This document shows, one piece after another, positions 22,255 through 35,500 of a stretch of 64,000 nt of DNA (positions are counted from its first letter, which is position 1; every line of letters begins with the position of its first letter). The stretch is taken from NCBI GenBank assembly GCA_973895155.1, contig OZ316895.1:5786687-5850686 (forward strand). The letters run 5' to 3'. This stretch comes from Marsupella aquatica. Taxonomy: Eukaryota > Plantae > Marchantiophyta. The position numbers and the translations under genes are program-made. The notes below the pieces were generated by a model. That model had not been told where the DNA came from. It did no database searches and was given only the letters and a program-made list of their open reading frames with translations.

Positions 22255-25200
22255 ATGAAGGGTTTATTCAAGAACAAGCCAAAGACACCGGCAGAGCTGG
22301 TGCGTGCGACCAAGGAGTTGCTGGTGTCCATCGATTTCCTCACGTCACCCGGACGCGACCCCAAGAAAGAGGAGAAGGTACTGATGCTCACTCAGCTTAT
22401 CGTTAAACTCGGCGCGTACCTTTGGATTGCCGTTCCGCGCAATGTGTATAATTCTGACCGACAGACTATTGAGCTTGAAATAGTAAGGACTCATTTCGCT
22501 TTTGGTATCCTTTCTCTTGTGGATTAGCTCCAATCATGTCAATAGCGTGAACTGCCATGAATCACAGTTGATTTCGCTACATCGTATCTGTTCCCATTAC
22601 GATTTGGACATTGTCATCAAAGAACATCGCAAGTTCATCCCAGACTAACTCTAGTTTCACCTCATCGTCTGACATTTAAATCTTATTGGTTAAAGTTTGT
22701 CCGGAGCGAATTTCTTCTAGAATCCTGAAGAGTCCATAGATCCTTCTTTTGCACCCATTGAGTCAATTTGGTTCTTTGCAAGAGGAATAGAAGTTGCGAA
22801 GAAAATAAGTGACTCCGAGTAACATTCCGCTTCCAGCCGTCATTCAGGAGAAGAGTTGGTGCGGTATTCCGGCAACAGCCTTTTGTGTGCAGTGGTCATT
22901 CGTGGGTTTGTATTTATAAGGTCTCCAGAATTAGATCTATTTTAGTCCGCGCCAAGGTCATGGCTACGGTCTTGTTGCTACTGGCTATGCAAGTGAGCGC
23001 GATGGTACTATAACCTCTGAGATGTAACGAATACTTTTCGTCTAGTGGCATCGCAAACTTTAGTGGTCGATATCCGTGTTAGGAGTTTACGTTCAACCTA
23101 TTCTGATGATTTCGCTACGCTTTCTCCTTGCGTCTCTGGTCTGAACTGTCTAATCTTCGTCTCATGATTCACCCATTCATAATTATCTGGCGGTTGTAGA
23201 GTGGATTGTCAGGTTCGAGGGTGGCAGCTTGTCTTCGATATGAAGTGCCCCCACACATGTATGCTTCGGAGATTAAGCTTTTGGTCACAACTGGTGCATA
23301 CACTTCACAAAATTGGAATGAGAGAAATGACTATCAGAATTGAATTAATCTGCAGCTAATTGAACTAATCTGCAGCTAATTGAACTAATCTGCAGCTAAG
23401 ATCCGTTGTGAAATATCTCGCCCCTCATCGACTTTTGGGCCAGCAAAGGGCCAAACGTCTAATTGGTTGTCGTCATGCGGTGATAGGTGCCTGTAAACTT
23501 GCTACCAGACCTTACGGAATGTCCTCTGTTTTCGGTTTACTGACCCTCATGGGTGCTTGTATTTTGTTACCAGACCTTACTAATTGTCCTCTGTTTTTGG
23601 TTTACTGACCCTCATGGCTGCTTGTATTTTGTGAATTTGTGTTTATTGTTTGTCTGACTGGTAAATGGATGCGCTCTGGCAGCTTGCAGAGTTAAGCAGA
23701 AATCTTCGCGAAATGAAGTTCATTCTCTATGGAAATAGTGAGGTTGAGCCCGTTCCAGAGACATGTGCTCAGTTAACTTCGGAAATCTTCAAAGATAACA
23801 TGCTAAGGCTGATGATCCAAAGTGTTCCCAAGATTGATTTGGAGGTATGCTGTGGCAAATTGTCTCAAGGATTCATGCATCTGCATCCTGGTTATGGAAA
23901 GTCGGTCTAGATCCTATTACATCATATGTCTCACTCTGTTGTCAGGTGTACTGTATGTACAGATTTGTCACAAGCTATGTGTTCTATTCCTTGTTTGAAG
24001 GGTTTGGCCTCAATGGGGCTGGTGCATTTTCATTCCTGCATCTCTCTCCTGGTTGACAGAAAAGTTACATGTTTTCTAGTGTTCACGAATATTGTATTTG
24101 CAGGCACGGAAAGACACAAGGCAAGTTGTAGCAAATTTGCAGAGGCAAATGGTGCACTCGCGTCTTATTGCAAGTGACTATCTGGAGAAAAACAAGGATC
24201 TGCTGGATCTTCTTGTTTCTGGGTACTGATTTCTTTTGTGGTTCTGCAACGGAAACCATTTTTAAAGCAAGACAGACTGACTTAAGGTCATAAATATTTC
24301 AGCAGGAACCCGTTTTTAAACTTCTCGTTTGTCCAACTGGATCTGAAAATGGTGCTTCTCATACTTTGTGTTTTCTGTTATGTTGACAGGTATGAAAACC
24401 CGGATATTGCGTTGCACTATGGAACTATGCTGCGAGAGTGTATTCGTCACCAAGCTGTAGCCCGGTATTCTATTCTACTCGACTATGAATCCCAAGTTGC
24501 TAGCCTGAAATTTGTAGCCAGATGGAAGAACCTTGAAACCACACATGTCCATATAAAAGCCCCATTCTCTCCCTCACTACTCCTCATTCCTGTCTAATGG
24601 TGAACAGTTTCTCACCATAAAAGGTGGATCACTTGCCAATAAAAGGTGAAGCACTCTCCACCTTTTGTGGAGCTCAAGCCCTTTATAGGGGTATTTTATA
24701 GGGGCAGTTGTGGTTTAAGACCATTGACATGGTTCAGAAAGATAAGATATCTAGGTCGCTTCAGGATTATTTTATCGTTTTGTTGTTGAATATATGAGTT
24801 TGGTGGGTTAAGCTTATTCTTAGAGTTTTTGGGGCTTTCAGGCAGATAGCTTTGATATACCATCCCACATGGTAAGCTCTGGCTCCTACTGGGTCTGAGA
24901 CACCAATTGGATATCTCAGGCATATTCCTCTTTGATAACTCTGCTTGTTTACCAGGTATTTGTTGGACTCTGGTAGCTGGAAGAAATTTTTGATGTACAT
25001 AGAACTCCCAAATTTTGATGTAGCTTCTGATGCAGCGGCGACTTTCAAGGTACTCTAAGACTGGTCCTTGATTTATGCTGTGGACGTTCAGCTATTGAAA
25101 CATTTGCATTCAGGGTACTTGATTCTGCACTGGAACATGAACGTTTTTGTTTGAGTGAAAGATATTTCTGAGACAGGGACACTCATCACTTCAGTTTTCA

Positions 25201-27336
25201 AAGTCATTGACGTTTATTTGCTCAATGCATGTCGATGCAGGAGCTTATGACAAGACATAAGTCGACAGTAGCTGAGTATCTTACTAAGAATTATGACTTA
25301 GTAAGCTTATCGTTACTCGCCAAAATTTTGAAATGTGATTGTCAGTCTTATTATTGTTCCTGTAGTAGTCTAGCTGTGCCATTTCTGACAAATTGGACAT
25401 GCAGGACAGTGTACTGTTTTTGATTACCTAGTTTTGGGAAACAGAGCATGACAAACAAGTCCACCTTCAGATAGAAAGCTCTGTGTTGGCCTTAGGTCAA
25501 GTTCTGACAGAAGCAGTTTGAGTACTCTTTAGTATCCCCCAATGAATTTAAAAAAATGCAAAACGGATTGCATACAAGAAGCTGTTGGAGTTGAGCAAAA
25601 GTAGTCCTCTATTTGATAGCCATCCTCAGTCTGCAAGATTTTCAACAATGCTATGCTTATGTGATGGTTATATTCTGTTCTCTTGGAGTTGGCTGCTTAC
25701 AGCTCATTGGTATGGACAGTTCTTTGCTGAATACAACACCAAACTTCTGGAATCCCCACATTATGTTACTAGGCGACAAGCTGTAAAGGTAGTGTGATAT
25801 CTCTCTCTGAGTTTTCTCGGTCTTGGGATAGTTTTAACTGCTCCTTAGGCTTTCCCTACCTTGATTTGTCTCTTGTAATCTTACACCAGAATGCTAGCTG
25901 ATTCTTACAAACCTCAGAGAACACTGCCTTGTAAGAGAAGTGAAATTGTGACCATGTCAATATAATCAAGATACAAAGAGGTGAATAGTTTGATGTTTGT
26001 TGCAGCTTCTAGGTGACATATTACTAGATCGAACAAATACGTCTACAATGATGAAGTATATCAGCTCCAAACAGAATCTCATCAGATCAATGAATTTATT
26101 CAAGGTTCGTGTTTCTATTTATATATTTTACTAGTTATACTCACGAGAAATGAAAGAGTATTTGTAGCTTGTTCGCAACGTATAAACATTAACTAAACTA
26201 TTCATACTATATGGCAGTCTTATTTCAAACGAAAGAGACTGAAAAGATCTTTTCAGTTGATGCGGATGTGGCTCATGTGGATGAATTCATTCATAGATAC
26301 TGGCAATTGAAAATTTTAGTTCTACCAAGTTTTTGGAGGAAACCCTAGATATCAGATTCAAAATACAGGTACCACCCCCAAACTGTGGGAGGAACAAGTA
26401 GCAATAGTTTTCTGCTAGCCGTAGATTGAAGAATACTACAACGATTGATGTGTTTCTGGGTGAGACTGAGCTTAAACCCGCTGATCCGATTTATTAGACG
26501 ACCTCACAAGAACATCTTTTTGTGGGTTATCAAAAGAAAATATATGGAGGCATCTGTCAAGGTCAAGGTCAGATGTGGCTAACCGTAGTTATCCATGCTT
26601 GGTTTCTAATTACTATGCCTTGTCAACTTGCACAGGAGTCAAGTAAGAGTATTCAAATAGAAGCTTTCCATGTTTTCAAGGTAAGAGAGAAAATTCAAAA
26701 TTTAATGGTCCCTGGTAACTTGGGTTTGTGATTCTGATGAATTTTGCACTATTTGCTTGTTTGCATTCCTCGATGATTCATCATTGATGTATTCCTTGTT
26801 GGACTTTCTACAGTTGTTTGTAGCTAATACAAACAAGCCCCAGGACATTGTGAACATTCTTGTTGCAAATCGTGCCAAGTTGCTGCGATTTTTTGGAGAT
26901 TTTACCACTGAAAAAGGTATATTCAGTCTTCCCAATTTTTTTTCCTAATTTTCTGCCAAATGAGTTTTGATATTTGTAATCCTTGGACCGAATGTGGTCA
27001 AGTGCAATAATGTTGTTAAGTGAGATGCTTCACTAGTACCTCATAAGAAACAAAAGTTTTTGAGATATGTTTGAGCTTTGTTTAGAGTGATATAGCTAAT
27101 AGTAATTATTGTCTTGGAACTGGAAGAACCATCTGTAATGCTCAATTTGTTAGAAATTGATCAGATCTTTGGCCGTATTGGATGACATGATTATACCGAT
27201 TGAGTATCTGACCTTTGATGGGTCTGTGATATATGCAGAAGATGAGCAATTTGAACAAGACAAAGCTCAGGTAGTGAGGGAGATCGAAAATTTGCAAGAC
27301 CCAGTTTGGAAAGGAAAATCTGCAGCTCAGGGATAG
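22255..27336 (+). CDS. MO25: MO25-like protein (calcium-binding protein 39 family), 348 aa, 11 exons
   Basis: Exons: 22255-22377, 23683-23844, 24104-24222, 24390-24464, 24956-25049, 25241-25300, 25720-25788, 26006-26104, 26636-26680, 26814-26916, 27239-27336. Diagnostic motifs: [84 protein letters not shown]. Confidence 0.96.
23339..23399. repeat. 20-bp minisatellite x3 in MO25 intron 1
   Basis: ATTGAA(T/C)TAATCTGCAGCTA repeated three times. Confidence 0.9.
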
Positions 27337-28416
27337 ATTCTTCTTGGAGAGCTTGCAGTCAACAAGCAGAGATTCTTTTACCGCACAGCATGACCTCTCT
27401 TCTGGGGTTAAAATTCCAATGAATTGATGAATACCTGTTATACATTTAGTTTTGGTTTTACTGATTGAGTATAGAAGTGACTTAGATGTAGGAACAGGGC
27501 AGAGTTAGATCTCTAATCCTATTGTTGGAGTGTTGCTAGAGCTGTTGGTGTCTATCAACCATCTGTTGCTTGACCCAACCCATCTGCCAGCACCTTGTTT
27601 TCTGGAAGATATTGGGCGAGTTGGTCTAAAACGGTGGCTGTGCCATTGTAAAGTAATTTTGAGTACTCTTTATAAATGGTGTCCTCTACATATGATTGTG
27701 GATTTTGGGTCAATGGGGACTTTTTGCTTTACTGTCAGTGCATCACAACTTATGGTTTTTTCCTTAGTAATGATTTATACGGGAGAATTACCCTCTGATG
27801 AACCAGTTTTGTTTTTCTCCTCTTACTACATGTCACGGATGGCAGTCTGTTTATTTAATTGGTTGCATTCTGAATATGACATTCTGTTTGCGAGTTAATT
27901 TTAGCGAAATATATTGAGTTGTGACGAAACAACTATTTAACGTTAATGCTTTCTAATGAAAATTGCGTTATTCTGCTGGCATGAACACTGTACACTTTAC
28001 AATTCTGTCAAGAGGGACAGAAACCAATCTTGCATAAAAACCTCTCCCAGCCTGTCAGATCCGCCTGGCAAATGTCTATTATTTGGGTCAGTGGAGAGTC
28101 AGAAAGTGCAGAGAAGAATCATAGTGGTGAGCTACTAAGGATTCCATTAAGTACTATTTTTCATTCAATAGGAAGGCTCCAGAGTAAAAATAAAAGAGAA
28201 AAAGCCAATGTGGAAGTGCACAGCTTATTGATCTACTGATTGGTAAATTCACTTGACGCAATTTTTTTGGTTTTCTACCCCCCATCCAGTGTCCAGTGGA
28301 ACCCAACACCGAGGAATGCAATGCTGTTGCACGAAATTCCGCTTCCTTGGATTCAAAACCTCAAATCCCGAATGCTTTTAGGTTCTAATTGCTGGGATCC
28401 TCGACCACTAAGTCAT

Positions 28417-28629
28417 CCTTGTGCCAATTGAGAGAATTCGAGAAGTGCACCAGCGCTGCTTGTGAGACAGAAGAGAAACTGAGAACTGAGACACGGGACG
28501 GTAAAACTTCCATGCTCTGAATTACCTTTGTGCCAATTGGGAGAATTCGAGACGTGCACCAGCGCTGCTTGTGAGACAGAAGAGAAACTGAGAACTGCGA
28601 CAAGGGACGGTAAAAAGTTCCATGCTCTG
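28417..28629. repeat. ~105-bp tandem duplication
   Basis: TTGTGCCAATTG.GAGAATTCGAGA.GTGCACCAGCGCTGCTTGTGAGACAGAAGAGAAACTGAGAACTG...TTCCATGCTCTG occurs twice. Confidence 0.9.
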
Positions 28630-29255
28630 CAGTGCAGAAACGCTAGACCCAGTTACCCAAAGACAGTGCTCTATCATAGGCATGCTCACGCCCAGAAACA
28701 CCGAATATAATCTCGTTACCTTTCCTGGAAGGAAACGCACGACAAAACTTTGATTATCTCAATGTGCCGACATCGAACGCAGGCTGCCGAGTGCCGACCA
28801 GAAAGTGTACCGTTCAGGGTCAGGACCAATCGAAGCCGGCTCCGACTACAAGAATGAAACAAGTAGAGTGGTAGGGACGAACGAGCGAACTTGTAAAGAA
28901 AATACACTCAAGCTTTGATGAGCGGACACAATTATTGAGACGAGCGGGACGTCAACGTAAAGATCCCATCAGAGCCTTGATCCCATCAGAGCCTGTTGGA
29001 GAACGGCAGCTCGGAATCCCCTCAAAGAATGATAAACCCGACTAATTATGGAGCTGAGCGGGACGTCACAGTGTAACGTAAGATCCATCAGAGCCTGTTG
29101 CAGAACGGCAGCTTGGTACATAGCTGCAATTCACCGCAGTTCAGATCTGCAGCCCACTTTTCTATCTTTTAGAATTCCCTGAACACAAATAATCATAGAC
29201 GTTGATAACTGTTTCTTAATTATATAAATAAAGTAAGGTTCCTCTTTGCGACATC

Positions 29256-29328
29256 TCCGTTGTAGTCTAGATGGTTAGGATACTCGGCTCTCACCCGAGC
29301 GACCCGGGTTCGAGTCCCGGCAACGGAA
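29256..29328 (+). tRNA. tRNA-Glu (anticodon CTC)
   Basis: Acceptor stem TCCGTTG/CAACGGA. Anticodon arm CTCGG-CT-CTC-AC-CCGAG. T-arm GGTTCGAGTCC. TATA-like element ~35 nt upstream (29221) and a TTTT terminator at ~29357. Confidence 0.97.
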
Positions 29329-29404
29329 ACGTGTGCGCTCCCGAGTGACTACAAACTTTTGTCCCACACTCATGGATGTAAAACACTAACCCGTCTTCAA
29401 TTTT

Positions 29405-29840
29405 ACTTTTGGGTCTCATTCTTGAATGTTAGCGTGGAAGAGTGTAATTTTTGTAGGTCTCATTCTTAAGTAATGCATGTAAATTAGGAACTCATAAACG
29501 GAGGTTTATGGGTTTCATTAGTGGAATATAAGCTATCTTTTTCTCAGTTTCATTCTTCAGTAATGCGTGTAAATTATAAATTAGGGACCCGTAGAAAATG
29601 TTTTTGGGGTGTCATTCTTGAGTTACTAGCATGGAAGAGCAATCTTTTTCTCAGTTTCATTTTTCAGTAGTGCGTGTAAATTAGGGACCTGTAGAAAATG
29701 TTTTTGGAGTGTCATTCTTGAGTTACTAGCATGGAAGAGCAATCTTTTTCTCAGTTTCATTTTTCAGTAGTGCGTGTAAATTAGGGACCCATAGAAAATA
29801 TTTTTGGGGTGTCATTCTTGAGTTACTAGCATGGAAGAGT
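29405..29840. repeat. ~100-bp tandem repeat array downstream of the tRNA
   Basis: The unit TTAGGGACC..TAGAAAAT.TTTTTGG.GTGTCATTCTTGAGTTACTAGCATGGAAGAG... starts at 29581, 29681 and 29781. Degenerate copies lie at 29405-29580. Confidence 0.9.
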
Positions 29841-30745
29841 CCACTGGTTTCCAACTGGCTTCTATCCGTACAATTTTGAGTGGCCAACCCAGGCAGGAAA
29901 GACCAGTCACCCTCCTTAAAGAATAAACTTATTTCATCAATGGCAGCCCCTTGTTGAGAAAATCACCAGCCACACAATCACAAGAGCTCAATCAGGAAGC
30001 ATGAACACCGACAATGAAGATATGTGGTTCACCTCCGCTGTGTTAGAATATTGCTAACCGTAGTTAGGCTAACTCAAGTTAGGACTTAGCTTAGGTTAGC
30101 AGTGATGCATGTTGTATATAACCAGGGCTGATGCCAACCCCTAGTGGATCTTCAATTCATTGTTGGAGTTGGGCAAGAGAAAATTAAAGGTCTCTTGCTT
30201 TCCCGTGGATGTAGCCTCAGTCAACCACGTATTTGTTGTGTCAACTACTTTGTATGGTGTTTACATGTGCATGGTGTTTCAGGATAAGGATTATCCCCAA
30301 CAAATGGTATTAGAGCATGCCTAGGAGGTGACGTTGTGGTGACAAGAATTTATTGTGTAGTTGATGGTTTGAAGATCCTGGGAGTTTTGTCGCATGAAAC
30401 TTGTTGGTGGTGGGCTCATCGGATAGATTAGTGAGAAGGCTTTCTATTGGTGTATAGAACTCATTGGTTGGTATCCATGGTGCGGAGGATTTGGAGTTTG
30501 CCTCATTCATATTCAACGGTTATTCGGGGGAGAGACCAGCAGTTTGTTTTCTTGATGGTGTGAGCTTTGCGGTGCGCGAAGCGTCGCATGTTGTTGCTTT
30601 GGTTGAAGGTTGAAGCGAGCTGGTTGTTTCGGTAGCTGAGTTATTGTCAAGTAATATCGAATGCGACGTGACGAGTAGGAGTTGAGTTCTGGTTCTTTGA
30701 CAAGCTATGATGCTTGTTTTTCCATAAACCGGGTTACTCGTCGGT

Positions 30746-31971
30746 CATAGCTTTCCTCTACGGCACCTTGGAAGAGGTGATCTTCATGAGACAACCGCTA
30801 GGTTTTGTGAAAGAAAGGCAAGAGGATTTGGTTTGCAAATTGTTGAGATCCTTGTACGGGGTAAAGCAGTCACCAAGCTAGGAAATGGAATAAGCGGTTT
30901 GACGATTGGATAGGTTTTCACATGAGTGTGTTTGATCCTTGTGTATATCTTAAACCGGTGAAGAATGTTGTCTTTGGTTTCATTGTTTAAGTACTTTATG
31001 TGGATGACATGCTTATTGCGGCCATGGATAGATTTGAGATTGTTAAGCTCAAGGCACTCCTCAGTGCAAAGTTTAAGATGAAGGACTTAGGGCCACCTAA
31101 GAGGATTTTGGGTATGGAGATCACTAGGGACTTGGAGGCTGGTAAACTATGATTGACGCAGAGCAGTTATGCAAGGAAGGTAATTGCAAGGTTCAACATG
31201 GGGGATAGCAAGCCAGTAAGTACCCCGTTGGCTCCACAGTTATCCTACGGATGAGACAGAGAAGGGGCCGATGTCAAAGGTTCCTTATGACAAGGCAGTG
31301 GGGAATCTCATGTATTTGATGAATTGCACTAGACCTGATCTTGCCATGGCTACGGGCAAGGTGAGCAGGTACATGTTGAATCCAGGGCGAGATCCAGGGA
31401 AGGTACATTGCGAAGCAGTGAAGTAGATTTTTTGGTAATTGAAGGGTACCATGGATCATGGTCTTTTGTTTGATGCACATGCTGACAATGCGAGATCATT
31501 GATGGGATATGTAGATGCTGATTATACACACGATCTGGATTGGAGGAAGTCAACAACTCGGTATGTGTTCACACTTGGTGGTGGATGCATAAGTTGGAGG
31601 TCTACTTTGCAAAAGTGTATTGCTCAGTCTACTACAGAAGCTGAGTATGTTGCAGTAGTAGAAGCAGCGAAGAAAGTTATTTGGTTGGATAGACTTATCA
31701 CTGAGATGGAATTGCCACAGGGGAATGTGAAGCTCCATTGTGATAGTGAGAGTACTCTTCACCTTGTTGTGAACCAAGTAATGGACAACAGAGTGAAGCA
31801 GATCGACGTCAGGTACCATTTTATCAGGCAGGGTGTGTTTGATAATCAATTTGAGCTAGTCAAGATTAACGGTAAACTCAACCCAGCTGACGCTTTTACC
31901 AAAGTGATTCTTTGGAAAGTTTCTCAAGACACCATGCTACTTTGCAGGTTCTGCAGTTGAAGCACAAGTAG
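30746..31971 (+). pseudogene. Copia RT-RNase H remnant
   Basis: AFLYGTLEEVIFMRQPLGF, LYVDDMLIAA, GYVDADY, STTEAEYVA, KLNPADAFTK, with stops and frameshifts. Closely similar to the pol of the nested element. Confidence 0.9.
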
Positions 31972-32239
31972 AGCTACTTATGTTGAGCATAGACGACGAT
32001 CGCAACGGCAAGCCCATGAACCATCCAACGCACAATAGTCGACACAAGAGATACGTGGTTCACCTCCTTGAGGCTACGTCCACGAGAACACACAAGAGAG
32101 CTTTACTGAACTCTAAGCCCATCGGCTATACCGAGTCTCCACAGTGTAAGCTCTCCCTATCTCTCAAGTGGCTCCATAACAATGAGCCTTGGTTCTACCT
32201 CTCCAAGCACACATGCCTCTTATGATATAGTGTGCAACT

Positions 32240-32365
32240 TAGTTGTACCTAACCACATAGTTGTACATAATCACGTAGTTGTACCTAACCACATAGTTGT
32301 ACCTAATCACGTAGTTGTACCTAACCACGTAGTTGTACCAACCCACGTTGTTATACCAACCACGT
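32240..32365. repeat. 18-bp tandem repeats in the LTR U3 (also 37917-38042)
   Basis: About 7 copies of TAGTTGTACCTAA(C/T)CAC(A/G) in each LTR. Confidence 0.9.
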
Positions 32366-32591
32366 CATACCTAACCTAGATGTAAGAGTAAATATCCAAC
32401 AATCTTCCCCTTGACTCTGGTCTAGGGGAGAGTAATACTGCCAATGTATATGATCCCTCAACGGGAAGTTCTGGACAAAAACCAAACCGGTTTCCCTCTC
32501 TAACTAGAGCAAACCAGAACTAAGCCGTAACCTAATACATAGGAATGAGGAAGAGCATATATCAGTAATTACAATGAATGTTAAGAAAACT

Positions 32592-35500
32592 CTACTTGTG
32601 ATGCAATTGCAAAACCTGCAATACGTCACGGTGTCTAGAGAAACTCTCCAAAGGAATCACTTTGGTAAATGCGTCAGCCGGGTTGAGTTTACCATCAATC
32701 TTGACTAGCTCAAACAAATTATCAGACACAGCCTGCCTGATAAAATGGTACCTAACGTCAATGTGCTTCACTCTGCTGTCCATCACCTGGTTCACAGCAA
32801 GGTGGAGCGCACTTTGACTATCACAATGGAGCTTCACATTCCCCTGTGACAATCCCATTTCAGTGATAAGTCTATCCAACCAAATCCCTTCTTTTGCTGC
32901 TTCCGCAGCTGCAACATACTCCGCTTCTGTAGTAGACTGAGCAATACACTTCTGCAAAGTAGACCTCCAACTTATGCATCCACTACCAAGTGTGAACACG
33001 TATCCTGTTGTTGATCTCCTTCGGTCCAAATCTTGTCCATAGTCAGAATCAAAATAGCCAATCAATGATTTAGCATTCTTTGCATTCGCATCAAATAAAA
33101 GACCATGATCCACGGTACCTTTCAAGTACCTAATAATCCACTTCACTGCTTCCCAGTGTACCTTCCCTGGATTCGACATGTACCTGCTCACCTTGCCCAT
33201 AGCCATGGCAAGATCAGGTCTAGTGCAAGTCATCAAATACATGAGACTCCCCACTGCCTTGTCATACGGAACCTTTGACATCAACCCCTTCTCTGTGTCA
33301 TCCGTAGGATAGAACGCTGATGATAACTTGAAGTGTGGAGCCAACGGGGTACTTACTGGCTTGCTATTCCCCATGTTGAACCTTGCAATTACCTTCCTCG
33401 CATAATTGCTCTGTGTCAACCATAGCTTACCAGTCTCCAAGTCCCTAGTGATCTCCATACCCAAAATCCTCTTAGTTGGCCCCAGGTCCTTCATCTTAAA
33501 CTCTGCACTGAGCAGTGCCTTAAGCTTAACAATCTCAGACCTATCCTTGGCCGCAATAAGCATGTCATCCACATAAAGTACTAATACAATGAACCTAAAG
33601 ACAACATTCTTCACCGGTTTCGAAAATACACAAGGGTCAAATACACTTCTGTGAAAACCTTGTGACCGAATCCAATCGTCAAACCGCTTGTTCCACTGTC
33701 TTGATGACTGCTTCAACCCATACAAGGATTTTAGCAATCTGCAAACCAAATCCTCCTGTCCTCTCTTCATAAAACCTAGCGGTTGTCTCATGAAGATCAC
33801 CTCTTCCAATGTGCCATAGAGGAAAGCTGTGACAACATCCATCTGATCTAGCAGCAGACCAAACATTACAACAAGTACACACAATAGTCGTATTGTAGAG
33901 TACTTAGCAACTGGTGAGAAGACCTCATTGTAATCCACACCTTTCTCTTGTGTGAATCCCTTTGCTACCAATCTAGCCTTGTAGACCTTCGATCCACCTC
34001 CTATGGAATTATCCTTCAGCTTGTAAATCCACTTGTTGTCCACCACTTGCTGACCCTTAGGCAGCTTAACAAGCTCCCAAGTTTTGTTGTCCTTTAGTGA
34101 CTGCATCTCCGTTTGCATTGCTGCAGTCCACTTCTGCTTCTCCTTTGAAGCACTTGCCTCATGAAATAAAGAAGGTTCCCCTTCTTCCAAAATTAACGCA
34201 TCACCCTCATCATCAGCTGTAAAATCATCCTCTTGTAGTTGAGATGAATCAACCCACTGTCCATACCTTGGTGGAGCGCGTATAGTGCGACCAGATGTTC
34301 TTCTAGCCGATGACTCCGGTTGATCTGCGTGTGCTGGTACAATTTGAAGCTCAACAGCATCCACTTGCTGCTCACCAACATCAACAAACTCCTCTGGTTC
34401 CTCTGGCACAGGAACTAGCTCCATAATTGGAGCAACTCCTTCTCTCCGGTCATGCACCTCATAACCAATCTCCCCCTCAACGAGATCCGGGATAGGAGAT
34501 TTTCCTTTGTCAGTACGGGAGACCTGAGTATTCTCCCCCTCCTTCAATAATCTGGATTCATTGAAGGAAACATCCCTACTGACAACGAGCTTACAGGCAA
34601 TAGGATCCCATAGCCTATAGGCTTTCACACCACTCTGGTACCCAAGAAAAACACATTTCCTGGAGGTAGGATCCAACTTGGTCCTATTCTGCTTCGGTGT
34701 GAGAGCATATGCATCACTTCCAAAAACTACCAAGCCATGATAGTCTGCTTGCCGCTTATAGCGCATCTCAAACGACATTTTGAAATTGATAGCACTAGAA
34801 GGAGAAAGATTTACCAAATAAGGTGCGGTATTGACAGCTTCTGCCCAAAATTCTTGTGGTAAACCTGATTGGCTCAACATACTCCGTGACCGCTCCAACA
34901 GTGTCCGATTGAGCCTCTCAGCGACACCATTCTGCTGCGGAGTATAAACTGTGGTGAAATGGCGAGTTATCCCTTGTTCTGAACAGTACTCTTCAAATTC
35001 CATTGAAGTGTACTCCCCGCCGTTGTCTGACCTCAGACTCTTCACCCTTGTATCCAAACACTTGATCCTGTTTCCAGTCTGATTCTCCACTTGGGCCTTC
35101 CACTTCTTAAAAATGGACAAGACATCAGACTTATGCGTCATGAAATAAATCCACACAAATCTTGAGTAATCATCAATAAATGATACATAGTACAACTTTC
35201 CAGAGTGTGAGGGAGTCGGGGATGGACCCCACACGTCACTATGTATGTACTCAAGAACCGCTTTGGAACGATGAGTTCCAACACCAAAAGCACGACGATG
35301 CTGCTTTCCAAGAATGCAATGCTCACAAAACTCTAATTTACAAGATTGCAAATCAGAAATGAGTCCATTCTTCCGTAAGATAGCCAAACCCTTCTCACTC
35401 ATGTGGCCTAGCCGTGAATGCCACAGTTGAGTCATCTCCTCGTGAGACTTGGTTACATTGGCCTCTCCACATACAGTATTGCCCTGTAACACATACAAAT

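Noticed and set aside
20873-22406. Several 75-157-aa ORFs on both strands upstream of MO25
   Set aside because: Low-complexity GA/CT-rich 5' UTR sequence, mostly non-ATG starts, no recognisable domain.
29405-29840. Regularly spaced repeats that could suggest a CRISPR array; TTAGGG suggesting telomeric repeats
   Set aside because: Whole units repeat with no unique spacers and no cas genes, in a eukaryotic context. TTAGGG occurs only once per 100-bp unit.
32182-32379. (VVPNH)n ORFs, also at 37859-38056
   Set aside because: Translation of the 18-bp LTR repeats on the antisense strand of the element.
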